From: Dehalococcoidia bacterium
Lineage (GTDB): Bacteria; Chloroflexota; Dehalococcoidia; Lucifugimonadales; UBA2962
DNA length: 64,000 nucleotides
Direction: 5' to 3'
Assembly (NCBI GenBank): GCA_965250195.1
Contig: OZ252295.1
Span: forward strand, 1,437,528-1,501,527
The position numbers and the translations under genes were made by a program. Each line of letters starts with the position of its first letter. Positions within the stretch are counted from its first letter, which is position 1. The notes below the pieces were generated by a model, which saw only the letters and a list, made by a program, of their open reading frames with translations, had not been told where the DNA came from and ran no database searches. Below are positions 10,717 through 20,186 of this stretch, piece by piece.

Positions 10717-11862
10717 TTACCTCTCCATGAACCGGTGGATTTTACCGTCCAGGGAGAGTATCAACACTTCGCCCGAACGGTCGATGGCGAACGAGGAGAT
10801 GTCCCCGAGCACGCCACCGGGCACGATCACGAAGTGTTCGGTGACGCGTTCGCCGCCGTACCGGAGACCCCAGACGGTTCCGGAGCAAAAATCCCCGTAT
10901 ACATATGCTTCGTTGAGAGAGGGCAGCCGTGACCACCGGTACACCCGGCCGCCCGTTACCGAGCAGCCGGAGTCGTGACCGTACTCGGCCACCGGCATGA
11001 CGAGGCCGTCGCGGTTGCAGTCGGCGGACCGGAAGCACTCGGAACCCTCCATCACGCCCCAGCCGTAATTGGCGCCCGGCTCGATGATGTCGATCTCTTC
11101 GAAAGCGTTCTGGCCGACGTCGCCCGCCCAGAGTCGTCCCGATTCTGGGTCGAATGCGAACCGCCACGGATTGCGCAGCCCGTACGCCCAGATCTCCGGC
11201 CTCGCGCCCTCGATACCAACGAACGGGTTGTCTTCGGGTACCCGGTAGCGACCGGTGTCGTTGAGATTGGCGACATCGATACGAAGGATCGACCCGAGCA
11301 GGGTCGAGAGGTTTTGGCCGTTGCCCCCGGGGTCGCCCCCGCCGCCGCCGTCGCCGAGGGCGACGTAGAGCATGCCGTCCGGGCCGAACTCGATGTGGCC
11401 GCCGTTGTGGTTGCCGAAGGGCTGCTCCACCTCCATGACGAGTGTTTCAGAGGCCGGGTCGGCCCGGTCGGCGTCGCCGGAAAAGTGAGAGAGCACAGAA
11501 CGCCTGGGGTTGGATGCGGAGTAGTAGACGAACAGGTGCCCGTCGGAGGAGAAGTCGGGGCTGAAGGCCAACCCCAACAGGCCCTCCTCGTTGGCCGTTG
11601 TGCGGACCCGGTCGGTGAGGTCGAGGTACGGTTCCATTGGCGTAGACACCCCCGGCTCAAAGCGCCACACCATGCCTTGCTGAGTGACCGCATACAGGGC
11701 GCTCCCGCCGTCGTCGGGCCACGTTAAGTGGAGCAGGCCGGAAGGCTGGATGTTTGGGAACACCTGCTCAACGCCCAACTGCGTCAGTGGGGTCTGCGCC
11801 TGTGAGCAGGCGCCAGCCAGCAATGCGCCGCTCACCACAATGCCCGCAATCCATAGCCGCAC
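10717..11862 (-). CDS. PQQ-dependent glucose/sorbosone dehydrogenase family lipoprotein
   Basis: Lipobox LLAGAC, EEGLLGLAFSP, NHNGG, GSILRID, AYGLRNPWR; GTG start 6 nt after TATAAT. Confidence 0.88.
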   Translation of the reverse strand: MRLWIAGIVVSGALLAGACSQAQTPLTQLGVEQVFPNIQPSGLLHLTWPDDGGSALYAVTQQGMVWRFEPGVSTPMEPYLDLTDRVRTTANEEGLLGLAFSPDFSSDGHLFVYYSASNPRRSVLSHFSGDADRADPASETLVMEVEQPFGNHNGGHIEFGPDGMLYVALGDGGGGGDPGGNGQNLSTLLGSILRIDVANLNDTGRYRVPEDNPFVGIEGARPEIWAYGLRNPWRFAFDPESGRLWAGDVGQNAFEEIDIIEPGANYGWGVMEGSECFRSADCNRDGLVMPVAEYGHDSGCSVTGGRVYRWSRLPSLNEAYVYGDFCSGTVWGLRYGGERVTEHFVIVPGGVLGDISSFAIDRSGEVLILSLDGKIHRFMER

Positions 11863-11995
11863 GGCCGGATTATATCCGGGTACGGGAGAGGGCACGGGCC
11901 GCTCGCTGGTAACATGGCGAACCGAATCGCCGCTCCGAATCGACGCCCCGATTCGACAATGGGGAAAACGGACATTGGCCAGGAGAGTCACCGCT

Positions 11996-12442
11996 TTGAG
12001 AAAATTTTGGCACGCCGGAATGGTCGTTAAGAACCTGGAAAGCGCCATCGAGTTCTACACCGAGGGGCTGCGCCTGAACCTGATCGCCACGCCCGTCGTC
12101 ACCGGGCAGGGCATCAGCGACCTCGTCGTCTATGAGGGCTCTCACCTGAAGGAAGCCTTCCTCGGGACCGGGGGCGAGACGACCGTCATGGATTCACCGA
12201 CGCTCGCGCTGATCGAATACGTCAGCCCCAGGAGCGCAGAGAGAGTCACGAGCGAACGCAATGCCATCGGCGCCGGACACGTCGCGTTCCTCGTCGATGA
12301 CCTCGACGAACTCTTCGCCCGACTGGTGGACATGGGCGCCGGGACGCTCGGACCACCGACGCGCATCAATGACACGACGCGGGGCTGTTACCTCACAGAC
12401 CCCGACGGCAACTGGATTGAACTGGTCGAGATCACGGCTTGA
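11996..12442 (+). CDS. VOC/glyoxalase family protein
   Basis: HAGMVV...FY...HVAFLVDDLD...DPDGNWIEL; AGGAG RBS before TTG. Confidence 0.88.
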   Translation: MRKFWHAGMVVKNLESAIEFYTEGLRLNLIATPVVTGQGISDLVVYEGSHLKEAFLGTGGETTVMDSPTLALIEYVSPRSAERVTSERNAIGAGHVAFLVDDLDELFARLVDMGAGTLGPPTRINDTTRGCYLTDPDGNWIELVEITA

Positions 12443-12903
12443 TTACCGGACACTGGCACAGCGGGTTCGTGGTCGCGGACATCGAGCGGTCTGTCCGGTT
12501 CTATTCAGAGGGGCTCGGCATGTCCCTGATCCGCAGCTACCGCACCGACTCGCCGCTCGTGGCGCAGGTTCTTGGATACGAGGCTGTCGACGTCAAGGTC
12601 GCGCTGATTCAGATTGGGGAGAGCGATGCAGGAGATGACGCCGTCCTCGAGCTGCTCGAATATATCGAGCCCCACACGCTCGCCCGACAGATAACCGAGC
12701 GGCACGTCATCGGCTCGGCCCACCTGGCGCTGACGGTTGACGATATCGCTGCAACCCTTGATCGGCTCGTCCAATGGGGAGGGAAGCGAAAAAACGACCC
12801 GGCGGAGACGGAGCCAGGATTGACTCTCACCTACGCCCAGGACCCGGACGGCAACTGGCTCGAATTCGCCCAGATCGACCGGTCAAAAACCGACCTCTAC
12901 TAG
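12439..12903 (+). CDS. VOC/glyoxalase family protein (tandem paralogue)
   Basis: HSGFVV...FY...HLALTVDDI...DPDGNWLEF. Confidence 0.88.
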   Translation: MITGHWHSGFVVADIERSVRFYSEGLGMSLIRSYRTDSPLVAQVLGYEAVDVKVALIQIGESDAGDDAVLELLEYIEPHTLARQITERHVIGSAHLALTVDDIAATLDRLVQWGGKRKNDPAETEPGLTLTYAQDPDGNWLEFAQIDRSKTDLY

Positions 12904-12954
12904 GGGCGGGTCGGCGCCGTGCTCACCCGGCGGTCTGGTAAATTGGGGGGTGCT

Positions 12955-14277
12955 ATGAATCACCCGCTCAGTGACGTCCTGCCAATGGGCTCCGAGCTTG
13001 GCCCCGACGGCCACCTGCGCCTTGGCGGCTGCGATGCCACCGAGCTTGCCGGGGAGTACGGTACGCCCCTGTACGTTTACGATATCGGCACCATGCGTGC
13101 GATGTGCCAGGACTTCGTGCAAGCGTTCGGCTCCCGCTACCCGAACGCCCGCGTCCTTTATGCATCGAAAGCCTACCTCGGTCCGGCCATGGCCCGACTG
13201 GTGGCGGGCGAGGGGTTGGGCATGGACGTGGTGTCGGGCGGCGAACTCGCCGTCGCACGGGCAGTCGACTTCCCGCCCCAGGACATCTTCTTTCACGGCA
13301 ACAACAAGAGCCCCACGGAAGTGGCCGAGGCGCTCGACTACGGCATCGGCCGGTTCGTCGTGGACAGTTTTTACGAGCTTGAAATGGTTGACGAGATGGC
13401 CCGCGAGCGCGGCATCGTACAGCCCGTCATGCTCCGCCTCTCTCCCGGCGTCGACGCACACACACATGCGAAAACAACGACCGGCATCCTCGACACCAAG
13501 TTCGGTTTCCCCACCGTGACCGGCGACGCGGCTCGGGCCATCCGCGCCGCTCTCGCCGCCAGCAACCTGGACCTGACGGGCATCCACATTCACCTGGGCT
13601 CACCCATATTCGAACTCGAGCCATACGCATTGGGCATCGACACCGTACTGACGTTTCTTGCGCCCTTCCGGGACGAGGGGCTCGACCTGCGAGACTTCAG
13701 CCCCGGCGGTGGCTTCGCCGTCGGTTACGTCAGGGACCGCCTGCCTCCGCCCATCTCGGCCTACGCGGACGTCATTGCTCGGACCGTTCTGGATCGCTGC
13801 CGGGATCTGGGGTTCACGCAGCCACGGCTGCTGGTCGAGCCAGGTCGCTCGATAGTGGCCAGGGCCGGTGTCGCCCTATATGCGGTCGGCGGCGTAAAGG
13901 ACATACCTGGTCTGCGGCGGTACGTGTCGGTGGACGGGGGCATGGGCGACAACATCCGTCCGGCGCTCTACGACGCGAAATATGAGGCGATGCTGGCTAA
14001 TCGGGCGCCAGATAGCCGCACCGAGAGCGTGCGCATCGTGGGCAAGTACTGCGAGACCGGCGACATCCTGGTCAAGGACGTGGAGCTGCCTTCTCCGCAG
14101 ACCGGGGATCTCGTGGCCATTCCGGGCTCGGGCGCCTACGGCATATCGATGGCGAGCAATTACAACGTCAACCCGCGCCCGGCCGTGGTCATGGTCGAGG
14201 ATGGCCAGTCCAGGCTCGTTCGTCGCAGAGAGACCTACAAAGACCTGATGGCCGTCGAACTGGACACAGGCGGTTGA
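12955..14277 (+). CDS. lysA: Diaminopimelate decarboxylase
   Basis: YGTPLYVYD, YASKA, HGNNKS, HIHLGS, GGGF, EPGRS, CETGD, GAYG..MASNYN. Confidence 0.96.
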   Translation: MNHPLSDVLPMGSELGPDGHLRLGGCDATELAGEYGTPLYVYDIGTMRAMCQDFVQAFGSRYPNARVLYASKAYLGPAMARLVAGEGLGMDVVSGGELAVARAVDFPPQDIFFHGNNKSPTEVAEALDYGIGRFVVDSFYELEMVDEMARERGIVQPVMLRLSPGVDAHTHAKTTTGILDTKFGFPTVTGDAARAIRAALAASNLDLTGIHIHLGSPIFELEPYALGIDTVLTFLAPFRDEGLDLRDFSPGGGFAVGYVRDRLPPPISAYADVIARTVLDRCRDLGFTQPRLLVEPGRSIVARAGVALYAVGGVKDIPGLRRYVSVDGGMGDNIRPALYDAKYEAMLANRAPDSRTESVRIVGKYCETGDILVKDVELPSPQTGDLVAIPGSGAYGISMASNYNVNPRPAVVMVEDGQSRLVRRRETYKDLMAVELDTGG

Positions 14278-15317
14278 CAGGTGCAAGCGAGCAGGCACTG
14301 CCAGGCGATGGCGTGATCGGCCACGAAAAGGTCATGGCGGCCCTGGGGCGCGCCATTCGACTGGGCAGAACATCGCACGCCTACCTCGTCACCGGCCCGG
14401 CGCATGTGGGCAAGATGAAGGTGGCCACGGCGCTGGCCCAGCACCTCAACTGCCTGGGGGACGCGACACCGTGCGGCTCGTGCCGGCAATGCACGCGCAT
14501 TCATCGCCGGGTTCACTCGGACGTAAAGGTGGTTCCGATTGACGTAACGGGCGCGTTCCACGAGGACGGCAAGCCGAGAACCGTGATCACCATCAACCAG
14601 GTCAGGACGGTCTCGAACGAAGCGGCCCTGCGGCCGTTCGAAGGCAGGAACCGGGTGTTCATCTTCGAAGACACCGACAGGCTCCAGGAGGCGGCTTCGA
14701 ACGCCCTGCTAAAGACGCTGGAAGAGCCGCCCGACCAGGTCGTGATTGTGCTGCTGGCGTCGGGCGAAGAGGCCGTGCTGCCGACGATTTCGTCACGATG
14801 CCAGGTGCTTTCACTGAGGCCGGTCCCCTGGCCTGTACTGGCGGAAGCCCTGGTCGAACGGCTCGGGCTGGACGATGCACAGGCGCTCCAGATCGCTCGC
14901 ACGTCCGGCGGCCGCCCCGGCGTGGCCTTGCGGATGGCGACGGACGAGGAGTTCGCGACCCGGCGCGGCGAGACCCTGGACCGCATTGAGAGCGCGGCGA
15001 AGGCGAATCTGGAGGGGCGGTTCCAGTACGCTGCTTCGCTGGCGGGCATGTTCGGCAAGGAGCGCGAAGGTGTGAGAGAAGAGATCGGGCAGTGGCGTGA
15101 CTGGTGGCGTGACGTGCTGGTCGCCGGTCAGGGCCTGGACGAGCTCGTCAGCCACGTTTCCCGGGCCGACGCGATTCAGGAAACCGCACTACAGGTAGGT
15201 ACTGAGGGCGCCGCGCGTGGCCTGCGAGCCTCGGTTCAAGCGGCGGAGCGGCTGGACATGAACGTGGCACCGGCCCTGGCCATCGAGCAGATGATGCTGA
15301 GCCTGCCGAGTCGATGA
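14274..15317 (+). CDS. holB: DNA polymerase III delta-prime subunit
   Basis: SHAYLVTGPAHVGK, PCGSCRQC, ASNALLKTLEEPP, TISSRCQ. Confidence 0.93.
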   Translation: MTGASEQALPGDGVIGHEKVMAALGRAIRLGRTSHAYLVTGPAHVGKMKVATALAQHLNCLGDATPCGSCRQCTRIHRRVHSDVKVVPIDVTGAFHEDGKPRTVITINQVRTVSNEAALRPFEGRNRVFIFEDTDRLQEAASNALLKTLEEPPDQVVIVLLASGEEAVLPTISSRCQVLSLRPVPWPVLAEALVERLGLDDAQALQIARTSGGRPGVALRMATDEEFATRRGETLDRIESAAKANLEGRFQYAASLAGMFGKEREGVREEIGQWRDWWRDVLVAGQGLDELVSHVSRADAIQETALQVGTEGAARGLRASVQAAERLDMNVAPALAIEQMMLSLPSR

Positions 15318-15348
15318 GGCTCCAAGTGTGGACGGGGAGAGGGTTTAG

Positions 15349-15585
15349 TTGGCAACAGTAGGGGTCAGGTTTCGGCCGTCGGAGCGGCTACGGTATGTGG
15401 AAGACGCCGGTCACGACCTGAAGGTCGGTGATCGTGTGACCGTGGACCTGGCGCAGGGAACGGACCTTACGCAGGGAGCGGCGGAGGCCGTGGTGGCTCT
15501 CGACTCGGGCCAGGTGATCTTCAGCGAGGTGCGCGAGACGCAGGGTGTGGTGAGCGCGGTCGTGTCCCGAGCCGGGCCCGGCTAG
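15349..15585 (+). CDS. Small protein resembling the N-terminal part of RicT/YaaT (PSP1 family)
   Basis: VGVRFR...LKVGDRVTVD pattern, position right after holB, GGGGAGAGG RBS; no C-terminal PSP1 domain. Confidence 0.5.
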   Translation: MATVGVRFRPSERLRYVEDAGHDLKVGDRVTVDLAQGTDLTQGAAEAVVALDSGQVIFSEVRETQGVVSAVVSRAGPG

Positions 15586-15616
15586 TAATACGCCCCGGTC
15601 AGGAATAGCCTCCCCG

Positions 15617-16129
15617 TTAGGAGTATGCCCAGGGGATGAAGGGGCGCCACTCGTCGAGCAGTGTGCGCTGCTCGAACATGTAGAACGGGTTCGGCCTCGG
15701 TACGGCGGGCTCTTTCATCAGCTTCATGCTCGCCTCTACCGGGGTGCGGCCCGCCTTCCGGTGGTTGCACCGCTTGCACGCCGAAATCACGTTGCCCCAC
15801 TCGTGCCTGCCGCCCCGGGAGCGCGGCAGGATGTGGTCAAGCGTCAGGGATTTCGACTCTGTTCCGCAGTACTGACAGGTGTAGCGGTCCCGCACGAACA
15901 CGGCTCGCCGCGAGAGCCGCCTGCGTACTAGCGGACGCTTGACCATGTGGTAAAGGCGTATGACGGAGGGAACCTGGAAGGGGCGAGAGACGCTGTGCAC
16001 GACTCCCCGGCCGTTCTCCATTAGTTCGGCCTTCTCCCGGTCGAGCAGCACCAGCGCACGCCTGACGTTACACACGTTCAGGGGCTGGTAGTTCTGGTTG
16101 AGTACCAGGACCGGAAGTTGAATCAACAT
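15617..16129 (-). CDS. HNH endonuclease
   Basis: VLVLNQNYQPL N-terminus; RDRYTCQYCG...TLDHILPRSRGG...NVISACKRCNHRK. Confidence 0.92.
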   Translation of the reverse strand: MLIQLPVLVLNQNYQPLNVCNVRRALVLLDREKAELMENGRGVVHSVSRPFQVPSVIRLYHMVKRPLVRRRLSRRAVFVRDRYTCQYCGTESKSLTLDHILPRSRGGRHEWGNVISACKRCNHRKAGRTPVEASMKLMKEPAVPRPNPFYMFEQRTLLDEWRPFIPWAYS

Positions 16130-16150
16130 TCCTGCGAGCACGTTCCCCGG

Positions 16151-16780
16151 CTACGGATTTTCGGCGTCTATTTCGTCCTTGAGAATCTGGACCGATATCT
16201 CGAAGTCGTCGGGGACGAAACCTATCGCGTCTCCGGGAATCTTGTCCACGACGCTGACGAACGAGCGCACGAAGCTGGACTCTACCAGGGCGTCTTGCAG
16301 GCCCTCTTTGATTTCCAGGGTGTCGGGGATGGGCAGCTTGTCGGCGACAGTGCCGGCGATGCCCTCGTCCGGCGTGTCAGGTATCTCGAAGTTGTAGGCC
16401 AGGCGGGCCAGGCCGAGTATGGCCGCGCCGCTCACGAAACCGGCCAGGATCAGTCCCAGCACAAGTCCGCCGAGCTTGTCGACCATCGCCGACATGCCCA
16501 GTGTGAAGACGGTCATGAAGGGTTTTACGAATTTGCCCACGATGCCCGCCACGACGACGCCGGCGATGATGATGAGCGCGTAGGCGATGAAGCTAACGAT
16601 GGTGTCATTCCCGATCGTGTCCGAGAACGCTGAACCGAGGTTGTCGGCGTAGTGACCGGCAAACTGCCATGCGACGATTACACCAATCGCCATGAAGGCG
16701 GCCCCGATAAGGCCCGTCTTCAGGCCGTACAGGAACCCGAAAATGAGCACGATGATGAGTACGATATCGAGCCAGTTCAT
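16151..16780 (-). CDS. CvpA (colicin V production) family membrane protein
   Basis: MNWLDIVL...G.KTGLI, DKLGGLVLG, four TM segments. Confidence 0.85.
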   Translation of the reverse strand: MNWLDIVLIIVLIFGFLYGLKTGLIGAAFMAIGVIVAWQFAGHYADNLGSAFSDTIGNDTIVSFIAYALIIIAGVVVAGIVGKFVKPFMTVFTLGMSAMVDKLGGLVLGLILAGFVSGAAILGLARLAYNFEIPDTPDEGIAGTVADKLPIPDTLEIKEGLQDALVESSFVRSFVSVVDKIPGDAIGFVPDDFEISVQILKDEIDAENP

Positions 16781-16948
16781 GGCCTCTCCTCGCCGGTATT
16801 GCCACCATTCGAAACCGCCGCGCCAGACGCCGGTCAGAGCAGGATTCTAGCACACAGGTGCGGCCCTCAACCCCGGTGGCACCACCTTACCCGCGTTGGG
16901 CTTCCCATTGTGGTTGAACGTTGCGGTGTGCACGTCACCGTTTTGCCG

Positions 16949-17911
16949 TTAAGACTGCTGCGGGGGAGCCGGGTTGATCTCTCCGGCCGCCAGGGAGATT
17001 GGCAGCAGTTTCTCCAGCTCGGCAACGGTCCAGCCGGAGTCGCTGTGGACGAATTTGACCGGCCGCCTGCGCGAGTAGAGGGACATGTCCCAGCCGGTGG
17101 TGGATATCACCTGACCGGTGATCGCCCCCCCGGCCTCAGTGCACAGGTAGACGATCTTGGCGGCGTTGTTGGCCGGGTCAAGGGCCTCGGCGGGAGCCTC
17201 CATACCGAGGACGCCCCTCAGCCCCTCGGCGTCCTCTGACTTGAACCGCTCGTCTCCTCCGACTCGGAGGGACTTCGAAGCCTGGGGTATGGAAGCGGTC
17301 ATGCGGGTGTGGCCGCCGGGATAAACGGCGTTCGCGGTTATGTTATGAGGCGCCAGTTCCGCGGCGGCAGATCGCACCAGGCCCACCATGCCCTCTTTCG
17401 CCGCCGCGTAATTTGTCTGGCCGGAAGACCTCAGGCCGGAGATGGACGCGAGCAGCACGATTCGGCCATATCGGCCCTTTATGAGATGGGGCACGGCGTT
17501 GCGGACCACGTTGAAGGCGCCCTGCAGGTGCACGGCCAGCACCGCGTCCCACTCCTGCTCGGTCATGTTAAAGACCATGCGGTCGCGCAGGATACCGGCG
17601 GCGTGACAGACGGCGTCGAGCGTGCCAAACGTCGCTAATGCGGTTTCGACAAGTCTTCCCGCCGACTCGAATTCGGCAACCGAGTCGTAGCTGGCGACGG
17701 CACGTCCCCCTAACGCCTCGATCTCCTCGACGACGGCGTCGGCGGCGCCCACCGAGCGGCCAGAGCCATCGACCGCGGCGCCCAGGTCATTGACCACGAC
17801 GGAGGCTCCTTCTTGCGTCAAGAGCATGGCGACGGTTCGGCCGATGCCACCGCCCGCTCCGGTAACTATGGCCACTCTGCCTTCCATCCGTCGGGCCATT
17901 CGTTCGGCCAT
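16949..17911 (-). CDS. Short-chain dehydrogenase/reductase (catalytic motif intact)
   Basis: TGAGGGIG, VVNDLG, AGILRD, S...YAAAK. Confidence 0.92.
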   Translation of the reverse strand: MAERMARRMEGRVAIVTGAGGGIGRTVAMLLTQEGASVVVNDLGAAVDGSGRSVGAADAVVEEIEALGGRAVASYDSVAEFESAGRLVETALATFGTLDAVCHAAGILRDRMVFNMTEQEWDAVLAVHLQGAFNVVRNAVPHLIKGRYGRIVLLASISGLRSSGQTNYAAAKEGMVGLVRSAAAELAPHNITANAVYPGGHTRMTASIPQASKSLRVGGDERFKSEDAEGLRGVLGMEAPAEALDPANNAAKIVYLCTEAGGAITGQVISTTGWDMSLYSRRRPVKFVHSDSGWTVAELEKLLPISLAAGEINPAPPQQS

Positions 17912-18708
17912 CAGAGCGATGCCTCCATTTGCTCAGTTTGGGGCAATACGGGTTCGATGATTTTAGGGACGAGGGCGTCCAGTTCATCGAGCGTGAGCCG
18001 GCCCCACTTGTGTATACCCGTCACCACCTCAGGCTCGGCGTACAAGAAGATCGAGCCGTCTCGGGTGCCGAGGGTCCTGGCGTTTATGTTGGCCAGGGCG
18101 TCGGTGCAAAGTGCGCCTACCAGCGCGGCCGCGCCAGCCTCGTCGTCGGCGACCACGGCGTTTACCGTGACCCCGTACTTGCCCAGGTCGCGTCCGACGG
18201 TGCGGGTCATTCCGATGATTCCCTCGGAGACCGAAGCACGGGCGGCCGCATTGGACTCCCCAAGCCCGGCATCAGAAGTAATGCTGACGATGCGGCCGGA
18301 GCGCTGTTTTCGAAAGACGCCTGCCGCGTGGCGCGTCGGTGTGAACGTGGCTTTGAGGCCGGTTCGGACCGCGGCGTAGAAGTCTTCGGGCGATAGGTCC
18401 GTCAGCCCGCCGCCCCATTTGGGGTCGCTCGCTCTGTCCAGTCCCGCGGCAGCGTTTACCAGTATGTCCAGGCTGCCCAGCTCGGCCACGGCCAGTTCAA
18501 CGACACGCTCGCCGCCGGCCATGTCCGAGACGTCGGCGTCAGAGAAGATCGCCAGCCCGCCCCCCGCTCTTATCTCGGTGGCGGTGTCCTGCCCGCCGAC
18601 GCAGACGACCCCCGCACCCTCTCGGGCCAGGGTCAGGGCGACGGCACGGCCCACGCCCACGCCCGCGCCGGTGACCACCGCGACCTTGCCTTCCAGCCTG
18701 CCTACCAT
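17911..18708 (-). CDS. SDR-fold protein lacking the catalytic YxxxK motif
   Basis: TGAGVGVG, LDILVNAA, GRIVSITS; YAAAK position reads RASVS; AAGGAG RBS. Confidence 0.8.
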   Translation of the reverse strand: MVGRLEGKVAVVTGAGVGVGRAVALTLAREGAGVVCVGGQDTATEIRAGGGLAIFSDADVSDMAGGERVVELAVAELGSLDILVNAAAGLDRASDPKWGGGLTDLSPEDFYAAVRTGLKATFTPTRHAAGVFRKQRSGRIVSITSDAGLGESNAAARASVSEGIIGMTRTVGRDLGKYGVTVNAVVADDEAGAAALVGALCTDALANINARTLGTRDGSIFLYAEPEVVTGIHKWGRLTLDELDALVPKIIEPVLPQTEQMEASL

Positions 18709-18767
18709 TTTCATCACTCCTTGCTGCACCAGGGGTTGCCCCGGTTCTCTCCCAGGGGAGCGCCGTC

Positions 18768-20186
18768 TCACGCCAGGGGCCGCCCGTCATTGTCGACGAT
18801 TACGATGGGGCGGCCCAACTCTCGCAGGCCCGGCTCGACCAACTCCCGGTCTCCGACGACGAGCATGACGTCGGGTGCCTCTCTCACGTGCTCTTTCGCC
18901 ACCCTTCGAACGCCGTCCAGATCCACGCCCCGGACCATGTCCGGGTAGTTCAGCAGATAGTCGTCGGGGAGATCGAAGCTCGCAAGCCGGGCAAGCTGCC
19001 CGGTGATCTGCCCGTGGGTCTCGAACCGGGAGGGAAATCCCCGTAACAGTCCGGCGACGGCATCTTTGAACTCGGTATCCTCAACCGGTCGGTCGGAGCG
19101 GATTTCCGAGTACTCCTTTAGCGCTTCGAAAACGGCCTCTTTCGTGACGGCCGTGTGGACGGAGCCACCGGCGAATAGCGCCGACGGACCGGTAAGCCAG
19201 TCGATCGACGACATGTACCCGTAGCTGTAGCCCTTGTCCTGGCGCAGGTTCATGTTCAGCCGGGCGGAGAACTCTCCCCCGAACACGAGGTTGAACAGGA
19301 CCAGGGGCATGAAGTCCGGGTGGAGACGACCCACCAGCGTCTGGCCGGAGCGGATCACCGACTGGGCGGCGCCCGGCTTGTCCGCGAGGTAGATGACGCT
19401 CCCGTTTTCGGGATTCGGGTCCGAGCCCCTCTCGGCAATGAGGCCCGTGCCCTTCCCGGGATTTGGGCCGGTCTCGGTGTTCGGCGCCTGCGGGGGCTGC
19501 CAATCATCGAAATGGCGCTCGACCAGTTCGACCGCTTCGTCGGCCTTGACCTGACCCGCGACAACGAACGTCGCGCCCGTCGGGCCGAAGCCGCTCGCGT
19601 AGTGGTCGGCCAACGCGTCTCTAGTGAGCGAGTCCACCGATGCCTCGGTGCCGCTCGCCGGGTGACCGTAAGCCGACTCGCGCCCGTACAGCAGCGCCCG
19701 GGCCGCTCGGGGCGCGATGGCCGCCGGGTCGTCCGCGATGCGGGCGAGGTCGGTCAGGCGTTGCCTGCGAATCCTTTCCAGGTCGCCAGTCGGGAACACC
19801 GGGTTGCGAACCACGTCGGCGGCGATCTCCAGCGCACCCCGCCATTGGGACTCTAGAGACTCGGCCGAGACCATCGTGTGCTCGCGCCCCGCATGGGTCT
19901 GAATGTCCGAGCCCATGCGCTCCATCTCGTCAGATATCTGCTGGCTGGACCGTGACGCGGTGCCCTCTGGCAGCATGGTTACCGCCATGTTGGTCAGGCC
20001 GGGCCGATCGGTCGGGTCCACGGCGGCGCCGGTTCGCATGACCAGGCCGAACGCGACCATCGGCAGGTCCGGCCGTTCCACGACCAGGACGGCCAGGCCG
20101 TTGGCGAGCGTGGTTCTGCTCGGCATGGGCGGGGTGAAGCCGGGCTGCGGGGCCGCCCCCGGCATGACGGTGCGGTCGAGCTTCAT
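18768..20186 (-). CDS. M16 family peptidase, non-catalytic subunit
   Basis: TLANGL.V.VVE, FSARLNMNLRQDKGYSYG; no HxxEH. Confidence 0.88.
   Translation of the reverse strand: MKLDRTVMPGAAPQPGFTPPMPSRTTLANGLAVLVVERPDLPMVAFGLVMRTGAAVDPTDRPGLTNMAVTMLPEGTASRSSQQISDEMERMGSDIQTHAGREHTMVSAESLESQWRGALEIAADVVRNPVFPTGDLERIRRQRLTDLARIADDPAAIAPRAARALLYGRESAYGHPASGTEASVDSLTRDALADHYASGFGPTGATFVVAGQVKADEAVELVERHFDDWQPPQAPNTETGPNPGKGTGLIAERGSDPNPENGSVIYLADKPGAAQSVIRSGQTLVGRLHPDFMPLVLFNLVFGGEFSARLNMNLRQDKGYSYGYMSSIDWLTGPSALFAGGSVHTAVTKEAVFEALKEYSEIRSDRPVEDTEFKDAVAGLLRGFPSRFETHGQITGQLARLASFDLPDDYLLNYPDMVRGVDLDGVRRVAKEHVREAPDVMLVVGDRELVEPGLRELGRPIVIVDNDGRPLA

Noticed and set aside
11684-12048. Apparent 365-bp head-to-head overlap of the PQQ dehydrogenase and VOC ORFs
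   Set aside because: It disappears when the supported starts (11862 minus, 11996 plus) are used.
15617-16129. HNH nuclease as a defence or mobile system
   Set aside because: It matches the widespread stand-alone HNH type and sits among housekeeping genes with no methylase, ATPase or mobility context.
18768-20186. M16 peptidase without HxxEH as a novel pseudo-enzyme
   Set aside because: Catalytic plus non-catalytic M16B pairs are well established.
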